Virus record (IMG/VR): IMGVR_UViG_3300021791_000011
Location: 1-24,377 of that record
DNA from: a virus
Lineage: Duplodnaviria; Caudoviricetes
Strand: one strand, 5' to 3'
DNA length: 24,377 nucleotides
A program made the translations under genes and the position numbers. Numbering within the stretch: position 1 is the first letter of the stretch; each line of letters opens with the position of its first letter. Positions 5,113 through 13,678 of the stretch are shown one piece after another. Under the pieces are notes generated by a model. The model had not been told where the DNA came from and did no database searches. It saw only the letters and a program-made list of their open reading frames with translations.

Positions 5113-7632
5113 ATGCCGCTAGGGTTAGGGCTGGGATCAGAGGTTGGGCGCGGCGATGCAGCAACAGTTGTTGCAGAGGCGGTGAGCCCACTGGCTTATA
5201 GCCAGCAATGCGACGAGTCTAACAACCATTATCAGAGCGCAAGTTATTCTCCTGCAATAACAACTAATGATGCCACATTAAGCGGCTGGGTGTTGCCCAG
5301 GCATGACAACCTGACATGTGTTTTGCTCCATACTGGATCACACGAGATTGACCCAGTGTCCTCACGCACTGGCGAGGGCTCTGGTGTCCTGGTTGAGATA
5401 CAGCAAAACAGACTGCATGTCCGTTGTGCGGATGGCTCAGCGCATATCGACCTGTATTCAGCCGCCGGCTCACTAGGCGTGTGGAATTCAGGTCTTGATA
5501 GCTGGTATCACTGGCTTGTGACACTCGACCGATCTGGATCTGCGACGATTTACATCAACGGCAGCTCGTCTGGATCTCCAGTTTCCATGTCGACGGTCAC
5601 TGGCAGTATTAGCGGCACGCGTACAGACATATCATGTCGGCATGAACAAATTAACGGGCTGATTGGAAACTGCGCAGCGGTCCGGGTGTTCAACGCTGTT
5701 CTCGACGCGTCTGAAAGGTCACAGGACTACAATTCAGGAGACGGCTGTCTATATGGCAGCCTCACTGCCGGACTGCAGGCGAAGGTTATAAACAGCTGGG
5801 ACCTGCAGACCTCATCTGGTGCGGCTATTGACGCCAAGGGCACACAGAACATTTCAGCAAGCGGCAGTCAGACTCGTGTCAATGGGCCGTCGGAGGCTGT
5901 CACAGCCCTGTCGCGGGTGAATCTGACGTCATACAGCTCTGACCTTGCCAACGCCATAACGTCGATCGGATCTGACATTAAGGTTCTGAATATCAATGTC
6001 AGCACTACACTGGGTGCACAGGCAACTGTGCCTGAAAATATCACCATACAGTTCGTCAGTGACAGCTATCAAATCGACACGCAGAGCAGTCACAACCTGA
6101 TATTCGAGGGGGGCGTGTTTGGCGAATATTCCGGCGTGATTGGCGGTCTTGAAAAAGTGGACCTCAACGGTAGCGCAGGCTACATTTGGGTTGACTGGTC
6201 CGACCAGTCCAATGACTGGGACAAGCGAGACGACGCCCTTGCCAGCATTAAATCGTCTACAAGAAAAAGGCTCAAGCTGCCCCGGCGCAACCTGCAATGG
6301 GAAGACACCTCCAATGCAGACTGGGAATGGTCAGCCGCCACACTTAACGGCACCATGATGTATGGCGACGATCGTGATGATTGCGTGCTGCAGGCGAGGG
6401 CAGATTTCGGCCACCTGATAGTTATCACGTCTGCACCAGACAACCTCAATTTCAATGATTTTACACTAAGTGCTGATTCAACGGTTGGGTCCGCGCACAC
6501 GGTCACTGGTATCTATATGACCGCCGACACGGCCGCGAATAACACTTGTGATCCGCTAAATATACGCCGCCTGAAATGCGAGAAGATGAACAATGGCATC
6601 GATCTGTGCTCACACAACGGTGTATTCCATGATCTTCTGATTAAACAGTGTGACATGCACGGGTTTATCTTTAACCACGGCATTGGAAATACGCTCAACA
6701 ATTTCATTATTCGGGACAATGGCGGCTATGGAATGGACTTCGCTGGCGGGTTCGATGCAGAGCTGAAACACACCATCACATGTACCGACGGGTATATAAT
6801 CGACAATGGATTTGGGAACGCCAAGCTGGCCTGCTATGTGGGGTCGCCTCATGATGTGAAGCATTACTGGGACGTTGTGCTAGACACCGTGCATCTGGAA
6901 CAGACGGTGGATGGACGTGGCCAAATGACGGTTACCGGGGCGTATGATTTCTCTACCGGTTCCTCATCAAGCGACGGCAACTCTGAGGCTAAATTAACAC
7001 TGCGTGACTGCACGTTCGTCGGTTCTGGCGGCGGATCAGTTGGTGGACCTAATATCTTTGGGATTGGCACCATTGTTCTGGCGGGACATAATACATTTCG
7101 GAATCACGGCGGATACGGTGCTAATTTTGAACCAAAGTACGCTATAAACGATGCCAGTTACGGTAACACTGTAGGCGCCTTGACATGCAGCTCTGCGGTA
7201 ATTACTTCAACAGACAACGGGTCATGGGGGATTCGGTTTGGCGGCGATGAAACCATCACATTAGATCTTGATAGTGCCACAATAAGCGACAATGCCGGAA
7301 ACGGAATACAGGTGGACGCCACCGGTGCGGCATGGAGCGGCAAGCCACATCTGTCCCTGAACGGAGGGTCAATTTCTGGGAATGACGACTACGGGATTGA
7401 GGGCTTGTCGACCGGCGCTGCCGGTGATTACCTGGTCGATGGAGTGACGTTTTCGGGCAATGGGTCGGGCGGTATTAACATGGTCGGCACCGCCACAACC
7501 GACGTGTGTGAAATAAGCAATTGCGTCGGGACAGGCCAGTCAACGAGCCGCCTGGCGGACGACGGAGTGTCTGTTGATTTCACTAACTCCAACTTCAAGG
7601 ACGCTGGCTCAAATACAGACATGACCAGCTAA
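5113..7632 (+). CDS. Fibre/spike protein with LamG domain plus right-handed beta-helix (pectin-lyase/depolymerase-like); candidate head-spike fibre B
   Basis: Start reassigned to ATG 5113 (GAGG upstream, gives MPLGLGLG). LamG motifs WYHWLVTLDRSGSATIYING and VRVFNAVL. Beta-helix repeats IRDNGGYGMDF, TDNGSWGIRF, ISDNAGNGIQV, ISGNDDYGIEG and FSGNGSGGINM. Confidence 0.8.
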   Translation: MPLGLGLGSEVGRGDAATVVAEAVSPLAYSQQCDESNNHYQSASYSPAITTNDATLSGWVLPRHDNLTCVLLHTGSHEIDPVSSRTGEGSGVLVEIQQNRLHVRCADGSAHIDLYSAAGSLGVWNSGLDSWYHWLVTLDRSGSATIYINGSSSGSPVSMSTVTGSISGTRTDISCRHEQINGLIGNCAAVRVFNAVLDASERSQDYNSGDGCLYGSLTAGLQAKVINSWDLQTSSGAAIDAKGTQNISASGSQTRVNGPSEAVTALSRVNLTSYSSDLANAITSIGSDIKVLNINVSTTLGAQATVPENITIQFVSDSYQIDTQSSHNLIFEGGVFGEYSGVIGGLEKVDLNGSAGYIWVDWSDQSNDWDKRDDALASIKSSTRKRLKLPRRNLQWEDTSNADWEWSAATLNGTMMYGDDRDDCVLQARADFGHLIVITSAPDNLNFNDFTLSADSTVGSAHTVTGIYMTADTAANNTCDPLNIRRLKCEKMNNGIDLCSHNGVFHDLLIKQCDMHGFIFNHGIGNTLNNFIIRDNGGYGMDFAGGFDAELKHTITCTDGYIIDNGFGNAKLACYVGSPHDVKHYWDVVLDTVHLEQTVDGRGQMTVTGAYDFSTGSSSSDGNSEAKLTLRDCTFVGSGGGSVGGPNIFGIGTIVLAGHNTFRNHGGYGANFEPKYAINDASYGNTVGALTCSSAVITSTDNGSWGIRFGGDETITLDLDSATISDNAGNGIQVDATGAAWSGKPHLSLNGGSISGNDDYGIEGLSTGAAGDYLVDGVTFSGNGSGGINMVGTATTDVCEISNCVGTGQSTSRLADDGVSVDFTNSNFKDAGSNTDMTS

Positions 7633-7645
7633 CCAGGAGAGTTAC

Positions 7646-7933
7646 ATGCCTGTTGGCAAAGACATCAACGAAGCAGCGCTTGGTGGCGTCGGGGCAGAGT
7701 TTATCAACGACACGGCTGAGCATACTGGTACCTACTATGCCATCACCTGCCTGGAAGATACCGTGTTCGCGACACTAACCCCGACGGATACGGCGAAGTT
7801 CCCCGGAACGTCGAGTGGCCTTGGCAATAACATGAGCAGTGAAACAATCCCCAAGGGGGTTACGATTTACGGACGATGGTCGACGATTGATCTGACTTCG
7901 GGATTGGTAATGGCGTATCTGGCCAGCAGTTGA
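7646..7933 (+). CDS. Small beta-rich virion protein; candidate head-spike base
   Basis: AGGAG RBS, 95 aa, alternating beta-strand pattern ending TIPKGVTIYGRWSTIDLTSGLVMAY, adjacent to the LGLGLG fibres. Confidence 0.6.
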   Translation: MPVGKDINEAALGGVGAEFINDTAEHTGTYYAITCLEDTVFATLTPTDTAKFPGTSSGLGNNMSSETIPKGVTIYGRWSTIDLTSGLVMAYLASS

Positions 7934-7968
7934 GATTTAATCCCCGCAGTTACGCCAGGAATTGCCAT

Positions 7969-8307
7969 ATGCCCCCACCTGACACAGGCCGGCCGGCCTC
8001 TGATGTTCCCCGCAATGGCACAGATAGCTGCGTCACGTACCGCGCTTTGTTTGGCTGGGGTGGGTCCACATTATGTGCGGCAATTGCCGTGGCTCTCGGT
8101 ATACATGAGCTGCACACGTCGCGTATTCATGCAGGAGCAGCACCACTCACATTTGTGGAGAGGGTGAAGGCAGATCTCGAAGCGGACCTGCAGGCAATTG
8201 AAGGCCGTACAACAGTGCGGTTTGAGGAGATTCGCGACGACCTCCGTGCCCTGGATGAGAAGCTCGATCGCATACAGGAGTCAGTCATTACACTGCGGAG
8301 AGATTGA
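7969..8307 (+). CDS. Holin-like membrane protein (one hydrophobic segment + coiled coil)
   Basis: ALFGWGGSTLCAAIAVALGI followed by heptads (FEEIRDDLRALDEKLDRIQE). AGGA before ATG 7969. Function inferred from architecture only. Confidence 0.5.
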   Translation: MPPPDTGRPASDVPRNGTDSCVTYRALFGWGGSTLCAAIAVALGIHELHTSRIHAGAAPLTFVERVKADLEADLQAIEGRTTVRFEEIRDDLRALDEKLDRIQESVITLRRD

Positions 8308-8651
8308 TGGCAAACACAAACCATATACCAATCACAAGGCACTCGGCTGATAACACTGAGTCTGCGCCACTGCCGTACCGCATAGACTTCACTGACGAGA
8401 TGTTGAGTACCGATACGATTGCCAGCCTGACATCAATCGCAGTCGACCCGACCGGAACAATGACAGCCGACAATCACGCGAAAGACACTAGCGGATACAC
8501 CGACGAACACGGCACAAGCGTGGGTGCAAACAAGGCTGTTAAGTTTGACCTTCAGCTTGGGACAGCAGGTGTGACATATATCGTCACGTCAACAATCGTC
8601 ACAACAAATGGGGACACCGCTGTTTCTCGGCGCAAGGTTATCGTGGAATAG
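8307..8651 (+). CDS. Putative fibre adaptor, Ig-like virion protein
   Basis: TGATG coupling with GGAG RBS. Pattern YRIDFTD..L..DTI...GTAGVTYIVTSTIVTTNGDT resembles small phage fibre-adaptor proteins. Confidence 0.55.
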   Translation: MANTNHIPITRHSADNTESAPLPYRIDFTDEMLSTDTIASLTSIAVDPTGTMTADNHAKDTSGYTDEHGTSVGANKAVKFDLQLGTAGVTYIVTSTIVTTNGDTAVSRRKVIVE

Positions 8652-8653
8652 AC

Positions 8654-9037
8654 ATGCCAACAGAGGCCATGTATCTCGCAAACCACTCTGTGGTAAACAC
8701 ACACCGGACCACGCATGTCTTAACCAATAACGAGAGGGGCTACGATTCGTCGTGGTCGAAGGGGGTGCGACCGTTCTATATTTCACAGCACCCGGTATGC
8801 GAGAGGTGCAGGGCAATGCCATCAAGTCAGGTTCACCACATCGTGAGTTTCCGAGGTCGAAAAGACCCTCGGCGCCTTGACCTGGATAATCTGACAGCAT
8901 TGTGTGACGAGTGTCACCAGGCAGCACATGGATCACATGCCGGCAAGGTTAATGTGACCCTGCAATCCATTGAATGGGACCGGAGGATGTCCGAGAAAGA
9001 GGCGTTTATAAACAGCCGCTATAATGGGGTCGTTTAA
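8654..9037 (+). CDS. HNH endonuclease, HK97 gp74-like terminase cofactor
   Basis: RGYD..W, CERC, VHHIV, NLTALCDECH; immediately upstream of terS. Confidence 0.93.
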   Translation: MPTEAMYLANHSVVNTHRTTHVLTNNERGYDSSWSKGVRPFYISQHPVCERCRAMPSSQVHHIVSFRGRKDPRRLDLDNLTALCDECHQAAHGSHAGKVNVTLQSIEWDRRMSEKEAFINSRYNGVV

Positions 9038-9507
9038 TGGGTAAGGGAGGCCGATCAGGCCCGACGCCGAAACCAAAGGAAATGCTGGAGGCCACTGGGT
9101 CGCCATATGTTGACCGGTCCCGCCAGAATGAGCCTCGGCCACGGAATGAATACCCGTCAACTGATGTCGATCTCCTGACTCATGAGCGCACAGTGTTCGA
9201 TAACATATGCGCCCGCCTTCTTGATTTGAACATTCTTGGCCACACAGACGGGAATGCAATAGCCAGATACGCCAAGCTTCTGTGTCAGTATAATACAGTG
9301 TGCAAGAGTATTGCCGAGGAGGGTGAACAAACCCTGAGCGCTAGCGGCAATATCCAGAGGACTCCTTGTTCTATAGTGCGTATACAGCTAGAGGGGTCGT
9401 TGATTGCAATTGAAAAACAGTTTGGGCTCACGCCTTCAGCCAGGGCAGGTCTGGAAACAGTGGCCGCGCCCAGCTCAGGAGGTGGAATTCGGGGGCTTGT
9501 TGGGTGA
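9037..9507 (+). CDS. terS: Terminase small subunit (P27 family)
   Basis: N-terminal GRSGPTPKP and C-terminal QFGLTPSARA signature; lies between HNH and terL. Confidence 0.93.
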   Translation: MGKGGRSGPTPKPKEMLEATGSPYVDRSRQNEPRPRNEYPSTDVDLLTHERTVFDNICARLLDLNILGHTDGNAIARYAKLLCQYNTVCKSIAEEGEQTLSASGNIQRTPCSIVRIQLEGSLIAIEKQFGLTPSARAGLETVAAPSSGGGIRGLVG

Positions 9508-11090
9508 TCAACGATTACTGGTATGACGAAGAGGCCGCCCAGCGAGTGGTGGATTTCATTGGCGAGCTACAGCACGTAAAAGGGCGACTGATCGGAGAGA
9601 AATTCATTCTCCCGGACTGGCAGGAACAGATTACACGGGACATTTTCGGGTGGAAGCGGCCCGACGGAACAAGAAGGTACAGGACGGTTTATCTGGAAAT
9701 CCCGAGAAAACAGGGGAAAAGCTCACTGGCGGCAGCATATGCTTTGGTCCTTCTGCTTATGGACCAGCCGCCAGGCCGGAAAATGACTGGCCCACAGCGC
9801 CGAAGCTGGTGCCACGTGTATTCAGCAGCCGGCACACGTGATCAGGCAATGAGCGTGTTTGCTCCAGCAATGCAGATGCTGCAGCAGACTGATATTGCCA
9901 AGGACTGCATTATCAGAGACTCCTATAAACGGATCAGTTATGCCGGGGGGTTTTACAAGGCGCTGTCTGCTGATGCCAGCAATGCACACGGGCTTCATCC
10001 CAGTGGGATTATTTTTGACGAGCTGCATGTTCAGCCCGACAGGAATTTGTGGGATGCGTTGCAGACTGGTCGCGGTGCCAGTGTCAACCCATTGACAATT
10101 TGCCTGACAACGGCCGGCACCGACAAGTCGTCGATATGCTTTGAAATGCACCAGCGTGCGATGCTGTGGGAGAAAGCGCCGGACAATGACCCGTCGTTCT
10201 ATGCTGCTGTTTATCGGGCTGAGCCGTCGGATGACTGGACAGACCCGAAAGTATGGCGCAAGGCTAATCCCAATCTGGGCGTAACAGTCAGTGAGGAATT
10301 TCTTCAGGAGGAGTGCGACATCGCCCAGGCACAGGAGGGCGCTGCGAATACCTTTAAGCGATTGTATCTGAATATATGGACACGCACCCAGGAGCTGGCT
10401 ATCAACATGGAGCAGTGGAAGGCGTGCCGTGGCGAGGTGGATACATCTGGCCCGTGTTTTGTCGGAATTGATCTCGCTTCGACAAAAGATATAACGGCAG
10501 CAGTCGCAGTGTTCCCGCAAGATAATGGCGGTTACGGGGTGATACCACGGTTCTGGGCGCCACGCGAGTCCGTCAGTGAGCGAGCAAGGCAGGACCGCCG
10601 CAAAATGATGAACTACGCAATACAAACCGGCGAAATCACACTTACAGACGGCAATGTTCTTGATATCGAGTATCTGGTCGGCGACATTTTCCTGTTCCTG
10701 CAGCAGTATGACGTGCAAGGCGTAGGCTTTGATCCATGGAATGCCGAGGCCGTCATTCAGATACTCACCAATCAGATGGGCTTCGACATCGGACGCTGCT
10801 ATAAACTAAAGCAGGGGTACGACACATACAATCAGCCCTTCAAAAGGCTGAAAGAAGATCTGGCCGCCGGGAAATTCGTTCATCCGGGAAATATCGTACT
10901 AAGCTGGATGGCAGAAAATACAGCACAAAAAGAGGATCCGTCTGGAAACATACGCCCCAACAAAGGGGCTAGTGGCGACAAGATTGATGGAATCTCGGCA
11001 ACACTTATGGGACTCGCACTTGCAATACGAAAGGGCCACGCATCGCCCTCGCCATACGAAATTGATGGCGGCGGCATGCTCATGTTTTAA
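9504..11090 (+). CDS. terL: Terminase large subunit
   Basis: Walker A IPRKQGKS, Walker B IIFDELH, TTAG, WRKANP, and nuclease motifs GIDLAST.D, FDPWNA and KIDG. Confidence 0.98.
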   Translation: MINDYWYDEEAAQRVVDFIGELQHVKGRLIGEKFILPDWQEQITRDIFGWKRPDGTRRYRTVYLEIPRKQGKSSLAAAYALVLLLMDQPPGRKMTGPQRRSWCHVYSAAGTRDQAMSVFAPAMQMLQQTDIAKDCIIRDSYKRISYAGGFYKALSADASNAHGLHPSGIIFDELHVQPDRNLWDALQTGRGASVNPLTICLTTAGTDKSSICFEMHQRAMLWEKAPDNDPSFYAAVYRAEPSDDWTDPKVWRKANPNLGVTVSEEFLQEECDIAQAQEGAANTFKRLYLNIWTRTQELAINMEQWKACRGEVDTSGPCFVGIDLASTKDITAAVAVFPQDNGGYGVIPRFWAPRESVSERARQDRRKMMNYAIQTGEITLTDGNVLDIEYLVGDIFLFLQQYDVQGVGFDPWNAEAVIQILTNQMGFDIGRCYKLKQGYDTYNQPFKRLKEDLAAGKFVHPGNIVLSWMAENTAQKEDPSGNIRPNKGASGDKIDGISATLMGLALAIRKGHASPSPYEIDGGGMLMF

Positions 11091-11108
11091 TTCAGAGGGC
11101 CAGCAGTG

Positions 11109-12782
11109 ATGCGAACAGACGACCCACATGCAATACAGACGTCAACATTTGGCGTAAGTGTTAATCCGATGCCGTGTATGATTACGCCACGCGACGGAGA
11201 CGGATGGCACTCGACGTTTATGTCTCCAAATGAAGCCAGGGTCCATTCAGGTGTAAGAGTTTCACCCAAGACTGTCATCGGTTATCCGCCAATCTGGCGA
11301 GCGCTTAACCTTATCTCTGGGCGTGTCGCCGGCCTGGATTTCAATGCGTATAAAGTGGATAAAAAGGGCGGCCTCAAGGAAGACAGAACGGTACCGGGCC
11401 GGCGATTAGTCCGGAAGCAGGCCAATTCCCGGATGCGTGCATACACCTGGATACGATCGATGACATCCCACGCTGTGCTATACGGCAATGGAATCAGCGT
11501 CATCAACAGGGGGTCGCGCAACCAGCCGGTAGAACTGATTTTACTCGACCCGCAAAACGTCCTTATCCACGAGTTTGAGGACGAATTGTGGTATGGGACA
11601 TATCGGGGCTCTGATGTAGCCTGGTTTCCAGGATCTGATATCGTTCACATTCGCGGCCTCACCCACGACGGTATTGTTGGCAACAGTCTGATTAAACTGT
11701 GCGCCGATGCCCTCGGCGTGGGTATTGCCGGCCAGCAGTTTGCGGGCAATTTTTTCGGCAACAATGCGACGATGGCCGGACTGTTGATGATCCCGGGTCA
11801 CTTCGATGAGGCAAAGGCCAGGCGGACGATAGACACGTTCAATCACCAGTACAAGGGTGTGACGAAGAGCTGGCGAGTGGGGCTGTTGCAGGACGGCGCC
11901 AAGTTTCAGCAGCTCAGCGTAAGCCCGTCAGAGGGTCAGTTCCTTGAGTCCAGGAACTTCGAGATCCGGTCAGTGGTATCAAATCTGTGCGGGATTCCTC
12001 CGCATCTGCTCGGCGATGATTCCCGGACCAGCCACTCGTCGCTCGAAATGGAAACGCAAAGCCTTCTTGACAACTGTCTCGCAATGCACCTGGAGGAATG
12101 GGAGTCAGAATGCGATACAAAACTTCTGACGAAACCGCAGCGAGACCGGGAGACCCACCACTTCAAATTCGACGACAGTAAAGTCATCCGACTGGCCGTC
12201 AACGACAAGGTTAACGCTGACCGCAAGCGGATCGAAATGGGGTTCAGTATCAACGATATATGTCGCCGGGACGGAAAACCAACAATCGGACCAGATGGGG
12301 ACCGGCGGTTTATCCCTGCAAACCTTATCCCGATTGACCGTGTCGATGATATGATTGACCGCCGGCCGGCGATCCATCCGTCACAGGCCGCTGACAGCTC
12401 ACCTTCGGACTCTCCTGAAAAAGCCAACAACAGCAATGGCAATATGGCGTTACGTTCGATGGTAGCCGGTGTTGTAGACAAGCATTTAACACTCGAACAT
12501 GATCGCCTGTGCCGGCAGGCAAAACGCGGTGTTGGCGGGCAGTTGTCACTAGACGTGTTCTATGACCGATGGGCGAAATGTTTCTCAAAAGACCTGTCAG
12601 GTATCGCGAACACTGAAGTGCTGTCGGAGCATGTAAACAGGCGTCTTGTGCGGCTGCATGACATCTGGAGCAGTAGTGTTGACACAACGCTGGTTTCCAA
12701 TATCGAGTCCGAGCTTCAGGGCACCCGTGCCGGCTGCGTGACCGAACTGACTGACAGGATTCTTGACGAGGTATACAAATGA
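11109..12782 (+). CDS. Portal protein, HK97 family, with C-terminal extension
   Basis: LYGNG, DIVHIRGLTHDGIVG, FFGNNA, QFLESR, GIPPHLLG and SINDICR motifs; follows terL. Confidence 0.96.
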   Translation: MRTDDPHAIQTSTFGVSVNPMPCMITPRDGDGWHSTFMSPNEARVHSGVRVSPKTVIGYPPIWRALNLISGRVAGLDFNAYKVDKKGGLKEDRTVPGRRLVRKQANSRMRAYTWIRSMTSHAVLYGNGISVINRGSRNQPVELILLDPQNVLIHEFEDELWYGTYRGSDVAWFPGSDIVHIRGLTHDGIVGNSLIKLCADALGVGIAGQQFAGNFFGNNATMAGLLMIPGHFDEAKARRTIDTFNHQYKGVTKSWRVGLLQDGAKFQQLSVSPSEGQFLESRNFEIRSVVSNLCGIPPHLLGDDSRTSHSSLEMETQSLLDNCLAMHLEEWESECDTKLLTKPQRDRETHHFKFDDSKVIRLAVNDKVNADRKRIEMGFSINDICRRDGKPTIGPDGDRRFIPANLIPIDRVDDMIDRRPAIHPSQAADSSPSDSPEKANNSNGNMALRSMVAGVVDKHLTLEHDRLCRQAKRGVGGQLSLDVFYDRWAKCFSKDLSGIANTEVLSEHVNRRLVRLHDIWSSSVDTTLVSNIESELQGTRAGCVTELTDRILDEVYK

Positions 12783-13504
12783 AAATCTCTCTCCAGCAGA
12801 CGCTTCATGGACCACGGCTAGTTACTGATCAGAAATACTCTCGGCCGAAATTGGAAAGCCGGGTGAACCTGCACGCAGGCACAGCGCATATTTATATTTA
12901 CGATGATATTGGGCCCTGGTTTATGGGAATGTACGGCGCCGAGACATTTCTTGAGGACATGAGAACAGCCGGCGAAAATAGCCACATCCGGGTGCATATC
13001 AACAGTCCAGGCGGCGACGTCTTCGAGGGCATGTCCATATTCTCTCTTATTCGAAGTTCTGGTCCATCGAGGTTCAGCGCACAGATCGACGGGCTGGCCG
13101 CAAGTATGGCCAGCCTGATACCTCTTGCCACACCCAGCGTAGACATTAGCCGTGCCGCGAGGATGATGATTCATGAGCCCTGGACCGTTGCGGCTGGGAA
13201 CGCATCCGAGCTGATGGCACAGGCTATGGTCCTGGAAGAGGTCAGCCTGCAGGCTGCGGGCATTTACGCAGACCGGACAGGGCAGACGCTATCACAGATC
13301 CAGGACTGGATGAAAACGGACACATACTTCGGCCCTGACAAGGCGGTCGAAAACGGCTTTGCGCACCGCATTATGCCTGAGGGCGATGATATTACAGGCG
13401 AAGCGCAAGAGCCTTCAGAATCAGACCGGCAGGAGTCACAGCTACGCGCACGGCACAGGGCCTGCCTGTCACGTGTAAAGATCGCTGAGCTCACGCCGTC
13501 TTGA
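12779..13504 (+). CDS. ClpP-type head maturation protease
   Basis: IYIYDDIG, INSPGGDVFEG, DGLAASMAS (Ser), MMIHEPW (His), AVENGFA; between portal and capsid. Confidence 0.95.
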   Translation: MKISLQQTLHGPRLVTDQKYSRPKLESRVNLHAGTAHIYIYDDIGPWFMGMYGAETFLEDMRTAGENSHIRVHINSPGGDVFEGMSIFSLIRSSGPSRFSAQIDGLAASMASLIPLATPSVDISRAARMMIHEPWTVAAGNASELMAQAMVLEEVSLQAAGIYADRTGQTLSQIQDWMKTDTYFGPDKAVENGFAHRIMPEGDDITGEAQEPSESDRQESQLRARHRACLSRVKIAELTPS

Positions 13505-13528
13505 CAGTGTTCGTGATAAGTAAATAAT
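13501..13528 (+). promoter_or_regulatory. Candidate sigma70-type promoter for the capsid gene
   Basis: TTGACA (13501-13506), 16-nt spacer, AATAAT (13523-13528), at the start of the 174-nt gap before the capsid gene. Confidence 0.55.
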
Positions 13529-13678
13529 ACATGTATGTGCTGGCGCCCATGAGAGGCTCCGCGCATCAGCGGCATCAGTAAATGCACATGAGTTGCGTTG
13601 CCTGTGACTAGTTGGCGGCAATGCGACCTCACCGAGAGGCAGGCTGCCGACGATACCTGATAATTTAGGATCGGCAAC

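Noticed and set aside
8654-9037. HNH as a mobile homing endonuclease or intron marker
   Set aside because: Size, motifs and position abutting terS fit a gp74-type packaging cofactor, and the flanking genes are uninterrupted.
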